Shown here: positions 34,525-50,487 of the stretch, piece by piece | How the letters are laid out: each line of letters opens with the position of its first letter | Numbering within the stretch: position 1 is the stretch's first letter | Assembly: GCA_002104945.1 (NCBI GenBank) | Contig: MCFH01000030.1 | Span: forward strand, 124,001 to 188,000 | Direction: 5' to 3' | Origin: Piromyces finnis finn | Lineage: Eukaryota; Fungi; Neocallimastigomycota | DNA length: 64,000 nt | The notes under the pieces: model-generated | The model's input: only the letters and a program-made list of their open reading frames with translations | What the model was told of the DNA's origin: nothing | Database searches by the model: none | Made by a program: the position numbers and the translations under genes

Positions 34525-37500
34525 TTATGTCCATAATGATTCACTAAATGAGGAATAGTCAAACATTTCATTAATTTGTCTTCCATTTGTAGCATAGCTA
34601 AGTTTTATTCTTATTTTTATTGGAGCCTAATTTTTTATATAAAATAATAATATATTTTAATAAATCTTTTATTTTTCATTGATAAAAGAATTAAAAAAGA
34701 TTAAATTACCTTTGATGGATTAGCTATTTTTATTAATTGATTTATTGGTGAATCTGGTGTACAAACAGTTGCACTTGGTGGATTAATTTGAAGCTTCATA
34801 GACTATTTAATTATTTATATAATAATATTATTAATGAATATTTTTTGTAATATTTATATCTCATTAAAATTATTTACATATATTTCATATTTTCTAATGA
34901 TCTTTTTATAAAATAATATAAATAAATCATATATATTACTTTTGGTACAGCAACAAGTAAATTAATCTTATCAATAACATATGATGGATCTGCTATATAT
35001 TTAGTTTTTAATGCAATTATTATTGGATTTTCATTATAAGCATCAAATACGATTTTTAAGCCATTTTTATAGTAAAGAACATTTTCTTCTAATAAAAAAT
35101 AAAAATAAATTTGTTTAAAAAAAAAAACATTGATAAATATATGGTGCAGTGTTGCAAAAATAATTTAGATATATAATTACCTTTTTTAGGTTCAGCAATA
35201 GATGGTGTAATAGATGTTGTAGAATTACTTGGTTGAATAGTAGATGAACTAGATGGTTGCATAATATTTCCAAGAGATAAAAGATTATTTAAACTATTGT
35301 TTTGATCGATTTTTGGTGGTATTGAAGTATTCATTAAATTTAAATTATCCATTTGATTAACTAAATTGTTAGAGCTACTATTATTAGATGGTGTAAGTGG
35401 TGGCATAGAAGATGTACCCATTTGAATATCACCTAATAAATCCATGATCTATAAATAATATAATTTTTTTTATTAAATATGATTTCATCTTATTACAAAT
35501 TAAATAAATATTTATTTATATGTATCATTTACATTGCTTGAAGAACTTGATGATTTTTCTAATGGTTTTGTATTAGATGAAGTACTTGAACTTTCACCTA
35601 AAATCATGCCTAATAGATCATTTGAATTCTTCGTATCAAGTTGTTCATCAGAAGATAATAAAGAAGACTCTGAAACTTTTTTTTTTTAATATAATAATAA
35701 AGAAAATTAATTATATAATGTTATATATATAATTGATATTATAAATATTCTAAATGATAGGAATTTATTTATTTATTTTATACGTAACAACTTACCACCA
35801 AGGTTTTGCTTTCTATTTTCTTTAATATTTTCTAAAGCTGGCATTCTATCTAAAACAACAGAACGAATATCATCACTAAGAGTATCTAAGGAAGTGAATT
35901 CAACAGCGCGTTGTTGAAGTTCTAAATTAATATTAGTCTTGTATTTTGTAATAAGTGAAATAGCACGTCTATATTTGTTATTTATTATTTGTTATTTATA
36001 TATTTAAAAATAAAAAGTATTAATGGATTTAATATATAGATTTAATTTGGTTAAAGAAACAATAATATTAAAATAATAAATATTAAGTAATACTAATAAT
36101 ATAATAAGAAAAAAAGAAAATCAATTGTAATAACAAATTTAAAATAAACTATAATAACGGCAATGTTAAATGAATAAATATTATATAATAATATATAATA
36201 AATATATATACCCTCTACTTCCTGGATCCAATTTATTAGTTAATTTAATTAATGCAATTATAATGTATTGTTTAATTTTATTGGTTACAGAAGAACCTTC
36301 TAATAAATGTTCAAGTAAATCAACAACTTCATTTTCAGTTGGAATTTCATTTGTGACAGTAGTATTATTTTCATCTTCATCAGCATTAGCCAAACTATCA
36401 TCAAGAGGGCTTTGTAATAATAAATCACAATATTCACCAATACACCAAATAGTTGCTAATTGTAAACCTTCTTGACATTCAATGTTATCTTCTCTCTTAC
36501 ATAAAATATTGTATAATTTACTAGTTGCATATTGTTGTAATTCTGTTGATGATGTAGAAACTAATCTGATAAAATTATTAATGACATCTTGTTCAACATA
36601 ACTACAATTATTATGATTTTATATTTTTATATTATCAATAATAAAATAATTATAAATTAGTATATTTTAGTGTACCGTTTCCAGATTATTAATACAGGAA
36701 TAAAAACTTTAAAAAATAAAAAAAAATAAAAAATAAAAATTACCCTCCAGCAATCTTTAAAACCCTACAAACAGTATCAATTTCCCAACGTTTATTTGGT
36801 TTGTATCTGTTAGCACATTCACATAATCTTCTAGAAATTTTAGCTTTTTCTTCATTAGTTGTTGTTTCTAAACTAACTAAAAGTTCACGAGCTAATACTC
36901 TAATATTTTGTCTATTCATCAAAATAAAAGCCAAATCAATTGCTCTTTTACGAATGGAAATATCAGTATCTTTTATACAATCAATAATTGTTGATGAGTG
37001 ACGTTGGAGTGATGAAGAATCGGTTAGAATTGAAGCAACTTGACATAATGTAGTCAAAGCAACATACCTTATAATTAGTTATATAACATTATATTAAGTA
37101 TATATAATTTATTTTTTCTTAAAAAAAAATTTTTTTAATATAAATGAAGGATATAAAAACATACTTAATATTATTATCCCGATTACTCAAGAATCTACCC
37201 AAGATATTAATTGCCATAACTTGAAGAGATTTTTCACTTTCAATATTCATAATGGTTAAAACAGTTTCATATAAAATTGAATTACCAACATTCTTTGAAT
37301 TATCAGTGTTTGTGGCAACTTGGGCCAATACATCATTCATTAAATCGCTTGCCTCAACGTTATTATGACCCAATAATCTTAATAATCGTAATATTTGAAC
37401 TTGTAAAAATGGATCAGCAACACCATTTACATCATGTTCTGCGCTGAAATTGTTTGTAATTAAATTACGTAAGATTCTTACTAAACGTGGAACATTCTTT

Positions 37501-38657
37501 CATAATTATATATAATTTTACTTAATTAGATTTATTTCTATTATTATGATATTTACGATATTATTCATAAAAATTTAAAACGTAGTTTCTGCTTATTTTA
37601 CCTTTCTAGTATCGTTTAAAACATTTTTATCCATTTGACACATTTCAGTTAATAAAGATGTGCCGGTGAGAAGAATAGCATGATTTTTTTCTTCATTAAG
37701 TAATTTATTAGCTCTTTCTACATAATTTTCCATTAAATCTGGAACTTTACGAATAATTCTTAAAGCACATAAAGCAGCCTACATATTAAAAAATATAATA
37801 AATTTAAAAATTTTTTATTAGTGTTAATATTTTAAACTTCATTACATTGATGATAATTTCTTAAGTCTTGTATGTATCTACTTTCATAACTTTTTATTAC
37901 CTTTTTTCTGATATATGTATTTGTATTTCCTAAAAGTTTCTCGACTTCAGAAGATAAATCTCTTGCCATTTCAATAGAAGAAATATTACCCAGAGTACAT
38001 AAAGCCAATCCAACGTTAAACATATTTGAATGATTTAAATCACTAATAAATATATAAACGAAAAAAAAAAAATAATTATTATAAAATGTTTAATTATAAT
38101 TCTTTTTTTTTTTCTTTTTTTGGTTCTTTTGTTTGTTTTTCTCTTTTAATGTATATATGAATACAGAATAATATAATTACTTTTTTAATGAATTAGTAAC
38201 AAGTGTTAAAACTTCTTGATTTTCATCAAGTAAAAGCATAATACCTAAATAACCTAATCTTTTATCAGAAAACTTATTTGAGGCGACTATATTTTTAAAT
38301 ATTATAAATAAATATTAAAATGTTTTAACATTTATTTATTATTATAGTAGTCATAATAAAATAATACAATAATATCAATTTTATAAACAAACCTAATTTT
38401 AAACATTCTATTTGACCAAAATGAGCAGGATAACCTAACATAAAAATGTATAATAATTTTGAAACATTAATATGTCTAGTATCATTATTTTCTTCTTTAA
38501 ATTGAGTTCTTATAAAAGCAGATTCCTTTGCAATAACAGCTCTTTCATCTGCAGCAGTTTTACAATTACGAACTGCTTTAATGAGATCTTTAAGTCTCAT
38601 AACACCCAATTTATTTACAAAGGATTGAATTTGTTTAAGTTGCGCAGATGTATCCAT
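34525..38657 (-). CDS. APL4: AP-1 adaptor complex gamma subunit
   Basis: N-terminus [31 protein letters not shown]...[14 protein letters not shown]; internal [16 protein letters not shown] and [11 protein letters not shown]; C-terminal gamma-ear exons ([16 protein letters not shown]...IRIKLSY) ending SESLWT*. Confidence 0.95.
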
Positions 38658-40138
38658 TTTGTTTATTAATTAAAGAGGTTCGATTCAAAAAAAATAAATA
38701 ATTCCTTTAATATTACTTAAGCAATGTTCCGTTATCTTATTAATAATTTTTGACTATAAACAAGGCATATTAATTTACAATAAGTTGTAGTATAATTTAT
38801 ATTAGAAATACATATAGAAAAAAATAACGAACAAAATTGTTTATACATTAATAAATATACATTTTAGATAATACATAATTAATTGATAGTAAATTTATAT
38901 ATAATATATATGTATATATATAAGAAAAAAAATAATTAGTATTAATAAATTTTAGATAAAAGCAATTCATAAAGTACATTAATTAATTATTTGTATTTCT
39001 TCTGCTAAAAGTATTTAATAATATAAATCTTTTGTTAATTATTTTGATATTATTTATGTTCTATATTTACTTTTTTTATATATAAATTAATTATTCTCAA
39101 ATTATATTTCAAAAAAAAAAATAGATTCTAAAATTTATATAAAAAAATTACTAATATATATAATTTTTTTTTCCTTTTTTTTTTTTTTTATTTTTAAGTT
39201 TAAAATTATATTTATTCAAAATTTAATAATATTCATTATAGATTTTGTAAGTCACATTTCACTTTTAATTTTCTTTAATAAAAAATTATTTTTATTTTAA
39301 AATTTTAATATAAAATTTAATTAAATATTTAAAAAAATGATTTTATATAAACCTGAGATCTTTTATAGAGTATATATTATATCTTTGACTACTGAAGTAT
39401 TTTCAAGTATTAATGTTCTTTTTAAGGTTTAAAATGATATTACTTCAATTCATTGCTATATTATTCATAAATATATCCTATTTTTATTTGTTTATTTATT
39501 TATTAATTTTTTAATATTTACTATTAAAAAAAAAAGGTATATTTTTATATTATGCCTAAAATTATTAATATAAATATTGACTATAATAATATATAAATTT
39601 TAATTAGGTTAATCCTAATTTTTTGAAAATAAAAATTAAACACATAAAAACAATTTAATATATTTAATATAAATTTTGGTAATTTAATTATGATATATTA
39701 AACTAAATTATTCATATATATTATAAATATACTTAAAATTTAATTTTTCAATTTATTATGGATTATTTTTATTTTTATTTTTATTTTTATTATTAAATAT
39801 TTTTGCAAATTATTTTTTAATGTATTGATGAAAAGAAAAGAAGTTGTTTAGATATTTTTAAATGTTAATATTATTTTTTTATCTTTATGTAAAAAATGCT
39901 TTATACATTATTTTCATTAAATTAGTATAGTTTAAAATTAAAAATATAAGAAATTTATTTTTCTTTTTATTTTTTATGAATTAATATTTACTATTATTAT
40001 TATAATTATAATTAATATATTTATCCATTAATAATACTTTAATATTGTTATAATTGTTGTTTTAATATTTTTTTTTATCATTGCTTTTTTTTTTGGATGA
40101 AGCCAAAATATTTACTTTTTCACTTATTTTATAATTAT

Positions 40139-41611
40139 TTAAAGATCTGAACCACAGCAATTCTTGTACTTCTTTTTACTACCGCACTTACATCTAAATA
40201 ATAATAAATAATAATATATTTAAAAATTATAATTTATATATAAAAAGATTAATAAATTTATATATAAACTTACGGATCATTTCTTCTGATTTTTGGGCCA
40301 ACATCTTTTTTCTTACCAAGACAAATATTTTTACCAAGTAATTCGCTTGTTAATTTTTGAAGATTAGCTTCTTGTCTACGTTGAAATTCTCTTTCTTCTC
40401 TTTCGGTTGTTGGGAAACCATTATCTAAACGAATAATTAATTCATTACGTAAATCAACCTTTTCAGTAACCTTATTCTATAATAATAATAAATAGTAATA
40501 ATATAAATTAATAAGTTTAAAATTATTAAATAAATTTAAAATATATAATATTTTATAATAATTACCTTAATTAAGCGAACAATAAATTGGTCAACTTTTT
40601 CATTTATAGTTGGATTTAATTTCTTCATTTCAGTAATACCAGTATCAACAACATGATGAGCTATTTTATTATTTTTATTATTAAAAATATTTTTTAATAA
40701 TTATAAAATTTAAAATTTAAAATATTCATTCTATTTTAAATTCCAGCTATCTATTGAAATTAATTAATCATAAAAAAAATATTTTATTGCTATTAAAGCA
40801 TTAATATATTTACCAGCTTCCTTTTCCTTAAAATGAATTTTTAAATTTTCTGTAGCAGCCCAAACTACTCTATTAAAACTATCAGTTTTATCAAAACAAA
40901 GATCAACACCTTTACATAAATCAACTTGAACAGTCTTAATAACAGTGTTGTTCAAAACATTAACATTAATATTGTTCCATAATTCTTGTACTTGAGTAAT
41001 AACCTTTCCATTAAAAACAAAAGAACAATCTTTACATTTTTCTTTTTATGCGAAAAGTACAATTTATTTGAACAGCAAAATAATTAAATAAATAATTAAT
41101 AAATAATATCATAAAGTTTATAGATATACTTTTATATTAAACTTAATATGATTTATTATTATATTATTATTTATTACCAATGCAAACTTTAGTAGACATA
41201 GCAGCAATAACGAATTTTGAATTTTCACATCCTTTAAAAAATAATGTTTCATTTGATTCAATATCCTTATCAGTTAAAAACTTTGATTGGTCTTTTACAC
41301 TCTATTATATTTTATAATATTATTTTAATTAATTTCAAATCACAATCCGAATAATAATAATGACTTATACAACAAAATAACTTTATATTTATATTAATAT
41401 TAATAATTATCTATATATTTTTTCTTACAATTAATTTAATTTTTTGGTTCATTTTTTGAGTGAAACCATTATCTAAGTTTTCTTTTAACTTCTTTTCTTC
41501 TTCTTCAGTAAGACCAGTTTTACTGTTTGTTGTAACTGTGTATTTATCTTTATTGGCCTTTGGAATTTCATCTCTTTCATTTGTAACTTTAACTTCTTCG
41601 TTTGCTAACAT
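40139..41611 (-). CDS. C-CAP/cofactor-C-like beta-helix protein with a C-terminal SEC-C motif
   Basis: Exons give KGCENSKFVI..TKVCIEKCKDCSFVFNGKVIT..ELWN..VKTVQVDLCKGVDL (CAP_C-like). The last two exons splice in frame to KIRRNDPCKCGSKKKYKNCCGSDL*. Confidence 0.75.
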
Positions 41612-42761
41612 TTTGAATTAAAATTAAAAAGTGTATTGATTTATTCTAATTGAAATTTAATAAATATAAAAGGTTACAATGTAATTTTATTTATAAATTA
41701 ACTATCAATTAATATTATATATTAAAATTATTACCTTTCTAAATTTATACAGATATTACAAACTATTATTATTTTATTAATAGTACAATGTACTATAAAT
41801 TTATTTTATATTTAAAAAGGTTAAATATAGAATAAAAAAAAATTATAAAGAATTTTTTTTTTGCTGTAGTTTCTACTCTATATAATATATATAATTATAT
41901 ATTCAATTAATTAAAATTAATAAATTTTTTATACGATCAATTTACTTATTCATTTATTTATTGATATTTATAATTTAATTTGTTATTCACATCACAAAAT
42001 ATATTTTTAATTTATGAATTTTTATTAATAATTCATAAAAATATATAAACCTAATCTACCATTGTTATTCTTTCAAAACCAATTTCTTAATTCATATTTA
42101 TACTTTATATATTAAAAATAAGTCATCTAACTTAACCTAATTATAAATACTTATGATATATATGAAGATAACGTATTTTTTTCTAAAAAATGAAAATATC
42201 CATTACTTTTTCATTATATAATAATATTATATTTTTATACTTCGTTATTATAAAAAACATTCTTTAGAAAAAAACATTTAAATAAATTTATTACTATTAC
42301 TATATTTTAATATTACTTATTTCTATATAAAAATAAATGTATATATTTCTTTAATTCTTTATTAAATATTTCATAATAATTAGATTTATGCAAAAATAAT
42401 TATTATCATAATGTTGTTGTTTTTTTTACAGCTATAAATAATTCATATTTTGTAACTACTATTGTTTTATTTATTAACAAGTAATACCCATAAGTTGAAA
42501 TATAAAAAGTTTATCTTTCATATTGAACGTTCTTAAATTTATTTCATTTCTAAATTAATGTACAAAAATATAAAGTAGTAAAAATGTATTTTAGAATAAT
42601 TTTAAATTTTGCTTATTGGCCATATATATATTAATAATATATTAATATATATTATTTGAATTAAATTATTAAATAAATTATTATATAACTTTAAGTTTTT
42701 TTTTTTTTTTTTTTTTTTTTAAACAATATTTTGAATAGTAGTTAGAAATAAAAAATTAATC

Positions 42762-43430
42762 ATGCGTCTTATAACACATAATATGCTTCAATGCCATGTT
42801 AAGGGATGTACCAAAGATAACTTCCCTTTAAAACTTGAAGAAATCGAAATTGAAGAACTTGAAGCTGAATTCAATGCAGATTTTATTAAATCAATGTTAA
42901 ATCGTTTAGATTGGAAGGCTCTTGCTCAAACTACATTTTCTGTATGAAAAAAATAAAAAATAAAAAATTATTATTTTAATTTTATATATAAAAAATTATA
43001 TTACTTAAGTTATAATAGTATAATATAATATTTAAATTACCTTTTTTTATTATTATTATTAAAGTTTTAATTAATTTATAAAAAACTTTTTCTAATGGTC
43101 ATTTGTATATAACCTTTTATTATTATAAAAATAATATATATATATTACTTTTTAAATATTATAAATTTTAGCTTGGAATTGCTCAATTACCTGAAGAAAT
43201 GCCAGAAGAATTAAGTGATGAAATGTTAGAACAATTACATCACATTTTATTAGAGGTATATAGAATTTTAAAATTATATTAAAGATTTAATTCTATTATT
43301 AAAACATTTGTAATTAAAAATATGATAGATTGATATTACTTCTGGAAGAATGGTATGTCAAGGATGCAATCACGTATATCCAATAAGAAATGGAATTCCA
43401 AATATGTTATTAACTGAATCTGAAGTTTAA
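42762..43430 (+). CDS. TRM112: Trm112 methyltransferase activator (3 exons)
   Basis: MRLITHNMLQCHVKGC...LDWKAL..., LHHILLE, GRMVCQGCNHVYPIRNGIPNMLLTESEV*. Confidence 0.95.
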
Positions 43431-44097
43431 AATTAATATACCAAATATAAAAATAATTATTAATCTCAAAAAATATTAAATAATACAAATACAATTTGAA
43501 GAAAAATCAAAAATTTATTTCAAAATTTTATACTTGTTAAAATTAAAATTAAAACAATAGAATAATGTTATGATAACATAAATGTTTAAAAAAAAATTAT
43601 ATTTACATCAATTAGATAATAAAATATATTAGAAATTAATCAATATAGTTTTTTTTAATCGAATTTTATGAATTTTGGCTATAAAAAATAAGTAATTGAA
43701 ATTACAATATTAATTAATAATATATTTTTAATTATAAATATGATACAACATAGAAAATTATTTTTAAGTTTATTATATATAAACTTTTTTAAACATGAAT
43801 GAATTTCAAGAATTAAAAAAATTTATATCTGATCTTTATAATGAAATTATGTTTTTATATAAGAATTATATATAACAGAATTTCCAATGTTTTATTTTAT
43901 TATTATTATTGTTTTAATATGTTTTGAGTTTGGTTTGTTTTAAATTTGGAATTTAAAAAATAGGTGAAAAATTTTTTATTTATTAGTATTAATATTCTAT
44001 AATTATAAGAGTTATAAGAATAAAAGTTAAAATCTTTAAAATAATAATAAAAATTATTATATTATTAATTATTATTTTACTTTTTGTAAATACTAAA

Positions 44098-44375
44098 CTA
44101 TGTATATTGACTACTTGATTTACTATTTTTATAAGAAGATTTTTGTTTCGAAATTTTTTTAAGAGAGTATATGGTATAAAATTTTATAATATAGAGATAG
44201 AGAAGGATAGCTGAATTAATAATTATTGTTCCAGTGGAATTAAAAAAATCTTGAACTCTTACTGATATATTATATAGAGAGTTTGCTAATTCAGAAATAC
44301 CTATAAATATAAAATAAGCATAAATAGGTATTGCTAAATTCTTTAAATTTTTTTTAGAATATTATATATTAGTAA

Positions 44376-44407
<32 letters not shown>

Positions 44408-47400
44408 AAATAAAATATTATATATAATATATATATTACTTCTTTAAAATTATCTTTAACTTTTCTAATACAATATGAAAAATAACATCCAAGAAATAAC
44501 ACTATATAATTTACTATGATGCTTTTTAAATAAAAAATGAAATATTAATTATTTTGATGAATATATAATTATTTCTAATGAAAATATATATATCAATTAA
44601 TATTTTAATAAATAGATAATTTTTTACCACATAACCCTAAAATCTGGATATGAACAATATTGATATTTCTTATAATCTTCTGTGATTGCTGATTTTGCTG
44701 ACACATTTCCTGTAACATACCAAATAAGATTTATAACTATGTAATAAATTACTAAAGTCATAACAATACTAAGCATTATTTTTTTCTTTAATCCAATGCT
44801 TCTCCTTTTAATTCGAAATCTATCAAATATTTTTTAAATTTTTATTGTTAGAATAAAATTAAGTAATTGTATTTACTTAAAAAATATATTTACATTAAAT
44901 ATATTCTTATTGTTTTAACAAGAATTGAACCATATGAAAGTGAAAATCCCTAATAAAATATTTATATTTTTTAATATTTATTTATATTTATAATCAATAT
45001 ACCATATATTAGTTATGTTTGTATTATTAAATAATTTTTATATTTTTACAATGTTATTTAATAAATGAATTAAATAGCATTTATTTGTAGTTCTTTCCAC
45101 TGTTAAAAAGAATACATGAGAAAAACTAAAAATTAAGCCAATTAATATTATTATCAAAAAATCAACACTTCCTATTATTAATTATAAAAATAATAATATT
45201 ATTATTAAATTAATAAATAACTATATATTTATAATATTTTATCATACCTCCTTTAATTATTGGATTATTTCGAAGATATATTGTTGAGAATATTGTAATT
45301 ATTGTAACTATTATTAATATTATTGATATGATTCTTATTGATATATCAATTACGCTTATTCTCTTTAACTTGATATATTCATTACAATAACTACCGGTAA
45401 ATAAAGTATTATTACAGCTACAAATATTATTATTAATACAAGTTCCTGTATTACATGAAGGTTCGCAGCTAGGTTTATAACTATAAAATTTTATTATAAA
45501 AATTAATTGATATATAAACTATATACTTATTAAAATTACTGAATGATATAATAACGAAATTAAACATACCAAGATTTCAGTTTAATATTTTCTATGTCTT
45601 GATACAAATAATTATTTTCACAAGGAATAATTTTTATTTTAATATCTACGGTATTATCATCAAAATTTGTAAAACGTCCTAATTAATAATTTTTTAGATA
45701 AAAATAATAGATTATAATAAAAATAAGTTTCAATATATTTAATAAATAGTTATATTATTGTAAAAATTTATTATTACCAAAAGTATTGATAATTAATTTT
45801 AATTTATATACACCGGGATTTCCTACAACTAAACAATTATATTTTAATATTATATTGGTTATATTATAGCAACTTATTAATTTATATATGAATTTTGAAT
45901 AATTGATTTTAACCTCTGACAATCGGAAATTCACAAAAATTATCCCAACAATATGATCGAGTTTGACCAACCAATGCAGAATTATATGTATCATTAACTT
46001 CAAGTTTAAAAAACATAAACTCGCTAATTTCAACATTTGCTATATCTGATCCAAACATGATTTCTATATAAATAAAATATATTAATTAAATATATTTATA
46101 TCCCTTTATATAATAAATTATTAACTTAATACTTACTATTATCGTAATCATCATATATAGAACCTTTCGGATTTAGGTAAAAAAAAAGTTAATGATAACA
46201 TATAATATAATAAAAATATTATTTTTAATTTATTAATTCATTTATTGTTTCATTTATTATATAAATATTTACATGTTATCCCTTCTGGAATTTTATCTCC
46301 TGATTTAATTAAAAGATCATTAAATGTATCATTATTTAATTTAATTTTTGTAGGATTTGTTGCTAAAGAACCTTTTATATTTTTTAAATATTCTCTATTT
46401 GATATAAGAGGTTCATAATCAATTTTGAGAGTATATATATCATTTCCAATAAGAGCTTTATTGTTAATAAACTCACAATTTTCAACTTTTACACTCTTCG
46501 GAGTTAATTTATCCTTTGAGTATATAACACCTCCATATTTACTTGCGGTATTATTTTCAAATTTTGAGTTTATTATATTTATACGAGTATGATATCTTTC
46601 ATCTAATAATTGAATATTTAAAATTGTTCCATATTCAGATTTATTATTTATAAATACTGAATTCTCAACAGTTATATTTCCGCTTTTTTCTTTGGAACGA
46701 TCACATTCAATTATACCGTTTTTAAAATAACTATTTTTTATTGTATTATTATAAAAATAAATACTTGTTCCATCCGCAGCACCTAATCCACTAACTGTAT
46801 ATATAAAAATAGAAATATTAATTTTTTACTATATTAATTATTAATATTTGAAATTAAAATTAACCTCCATTAATATTATCAAATATTGTATTTTTAATAG
46901 TAATTTCTGATTTTGAATTAATTGCGGCTATTTCATTATTAAGATATAATTCCATTATTCCTTGCTTGTTTCTACAACTATTATCACGATTACAAGTATG
47001 AATATTTGTTATCTATATAAAATTTATAAATTAATATATTGTTTTTTATCCTTATAACTAAATAATAATTTTAAAAATATACCACTGAGTCAGAAACACT
47101 TATTACACCAAACGATGATTTAAATATGGCTTTTAATATACAGAAAAAGTTATTAAAATTCTGTTATTATGAAAATATTCCGAAAATATATAGCATAATA
47201 TATATATATTATTTATGTAATACCTCCTTGAGAAATAATATTATCTAATCTTAAATGACTAATATTTAATATACCTATTTAATATATTTAATATACCTAT
47301 TTAATATTAATAGCAATAAAAATATATATATTAAATGTTAAATCTACCATCTGTTTCAGCTAGAGAGCTATATGAAAAAATTTCACTTGCAGTAGATGAG

Positions 47401-48500
47401 TAATAATTACTAAGTTCTATATTATTTATATTGACAAAGCATTCATCACCCTGATATGTTAAACTTGAATTGATATTCAAATAAATTACAATTATTATTG
47501 CTTTATATATTAAATAAATAATAATCTATATTATTAATAATTTATTTATATATTACTATGCATTATATGCTCCAACATTACTAAATCTTATGCTTAATAA
47601 TAATTAATAAATAAAAAGATTAATATTCATTTTTTTTAAAGTTCATTATTACTATTTCAATAATTTGAAATAATATACTTTTCTATTTCAATTCTTGCTT
47701 TCCTATTAATCCAAAACAATATACTAGAAGGTCTGTCACTAAACTGATATAAATCATTCAATATAATATTTGTAGCTCTAACATAAACATTATCTTCATA
47801 ATTTGTAAATAAAAATAGTCCATCAATACTGTTCCCTCTTATATGATTCAATTCAACATTACTAACATTATTAATAATGATATAAAATAAATGGTTATTA
47901 TATATAATAAATTTAATATATAAATAATATATATTATTGAAAACTACTTCATTACTATCGACGCATATTCAATTAAATCGAATACATGACCTGCATTATA
48001 ATAATTGCATAAGTTTTCACCATAATAATTTTCTAAATTAATCGAAGCAAATTTAGTTAAACTAGTAGTAATAATATATAAAACTGATAAATAAACAAAA
48101 TTTATATTTATTTTATTATATATATTTATGTATGAACCTAAATCCTAATCCACCTTCTTGAATTCTTTCATTATTTATTCCAGTATTGATTTGACGAATA
48201 TTCTTAAATATTGCTGTAGATCCTATATCTTCTATTGTTGATATAAATACCATGCTTCCCTAATCAGTTTCATATAATTATTTATTCTTACTTTTGAGTA
48301 ATCATTTTAGACGTCAAAACATTAATAATTTATATACCTTATATATTGCTGTATTATTAACAACTTCTAAACCATCAGCTTCAAATCCAAAAATATCTTC
48401 AAGATACAATGCTCCTCCTTCATGCATAACATAATTATTAGTAAAATTACAATTTTTTAAATGTGTATTTGAATTTTTAATTTTTAAACCACCGCTTTTA

Positions 48501-48573
<73 letters not shown>

Positions 48574-49376
48574 GTGTTAATATTAATATAGTTAAAAAAT
48601 ATAATATGTTTAATATTAAAAAAAAGAAAAGAAATAAAATATGAAATAAATATTTAATAATTGGTTTTTAATTTTTTTCGAAATTTCATGCATTACCCTC
48701 CTTCAAATATTTTTGGCACATAAGCATTATCAAATGTTGATTTATAAATATTTACTTCATGTCCTTTATCAATGTTTACACACCCACATTTATATTCTCC
48801 ACTAAAATTTGAATTTTCAATATATAAATCATAATACTCAAGGCCAAAGAAATTAAATAATCTATTATTGCATTGTGAACTTCCTTTAAATGTAGAATCA
48901 ACTATTTCAACATTTCCACTTAAATTTATACAATTATCGCTCGAATATGATGATGGATTATAAGTGACATTCTTAAATTTTATATAATCATTAATATCAA
49001 TATCAAAATATGAATCAATATTTCCAGTAATTGATACTGAATCAAAAAATACACTTTTAATATTATTAAAAAATATATTTCCAATAATGGATATATTTTT
49101 TATTTCAATTTCTTTTACATTTTCACCAAAATATAATTTGTTTGATAAATTTTCAAATTTTATAAAAGAAGTTTCAACTGATTTTCCAATAATTATTATT
49201 TTTTTATGATTATCGTTTACAATAAAATCATTACTAATGTATATTTCAGAATCTATATTTATTATTATTTCATCATCTATTTTAGATATTAAATCAGCAA
49301 ATTGAGCTTCGTCAACAATAACCGAATATACATATGTTATTAATATTAAAAAAAATAAACCTATTTTTATATTCAT
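44098..49376 (-). CDS. Class C (7tm_3)-like GPCR with signal peptide, pectin-lyase/Pmp-like beta-helix ectodomain and EGF-like module; copy 1
   Basis: Signal-like MNIKIGLFFLILITYVYS; GGA/FxxN beta-helix repeats (NFTNNYVMHEGGALY, FENNTASKYGGVIY); EGF CEPSCNTGTCINNNICSC...C; TM exons SVDFLIIILIG, GFSLSYGSILVKTIRIY, ...FYTIYSLKK...SQYT*. The exons I checked are in frame. Confidence 0.8.
48501..48573. repeat. (ATT)n microsatellite in intron 1 of receptor copy 1
   Basis: Directly visible. Confidence 0.9.
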
Positions 49377-49899
49377 CTTTTTAAATTTATACAAGGAATT
49401 AGCAACTAATTTTCGCATTAAAAATAATATTTGTTCATTCAAGAATGGTTCACTTATGATTGAATTTATTCAAAATGCCTTAAGTATTTTATTTAAAATT
49501 AAGTTTATCTTTAAATAAATTGAAGTATAAATATTTTAATTTAAAGATAAACTTAATTATCATATAGCATATTTATTATTATTTTTCCCGATAATATAAA
49601 ATATAGTTTAAATTATATAGTAAAAATTACATTTTTTTTCATTCATATAAAATAATATTTTTTAAGCTTTTGTTTAAAGTAAATTTAATATCTATTAAAT
49701 TTAATAAAGTTTTTTATGTATAAAACTTATTTAATATTTTAAATGCTTATAATATAGTAAACATAATATATAAGAAAAAAAAAGTAATTACTAGATTATT
49801 CAAAATCAAATGTATAATAAATAATATATTAGATACTAAAACTATGTTAATACTATAAATTAAATTATAATAGTGATAAAATAATAATTTGTTCAAAAT

Positions 49900-50116
49900 T
49901 ATTAAGAGTTGTTTAATTTAGGTTTATAATTATGTCAACTTTATTAATATATTTTATGATAAAGAACTACTTGCGTTACATTCTTCTAAAACTACATGTA
50001 TTTATACATTTACATTGTGGCTTAAACATATAATCAAATACAATATATACAAATACGTTTTAATACATTTCAATACATTTGAATACATGTGACATAACGT
50101 TTTACATATTCTAACA
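49900..50116 (-). repeat. 3' LTR (217 bp; element strand TGTTAG...CTTAATA)
   Basis: Apparently identical to 54532-54748 and immediately preceded on the element strand by the PPT. Confidence 0.93.
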
Positions 50117-50128
50117 TTCCCCCTCAAA
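50117..50128 (-). other. Polypurine tract (TTTGAGGGGGAA) abutting the 3' LTR
   Basis: The element strand reads GGTTTGAGGGGGAA|TGTTAG, the typical Ty1/copia PPT-LTR junction. Confidence 0.9.
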
Positions 50129-50487
50129 CCTAATTTTCTACTAAGTAAAATTTGGTTTGCTGGTGAATATGTGCATTTTATTATTTCTAAACTATTAACT
50201 ATAAACTAAATCTAATGTTTAAAATTTTTATATTTCATTAATTGGAATTTAAAATATTTCACATATATTATTCGCTAATTGCTTTAAAGAATTTAAATAT
50301 TACCCTATAACTTCGTTTTTATGGATAAACTGAAAACCTTTGTATAATTGGGTAGTATTAAAGTTTAAAATTTGGATTGGATATTCATAAATTGTTATAT
50401 CATCCATTAAGGATTGAAAACCCTTCCGGTTTTACATTATCCTATAAACTATATTGGTAATCTCTCTGAGATTTACACAGAATTATA

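Noticed and set aside
44480-44525. Suspected frameshifts in the receptor genes (here and near 57730)
   Set aside because: Careful re-reading gives intact frames (IIVNYIVLFLG; EIFYLDGNS), so no pseudogene call.
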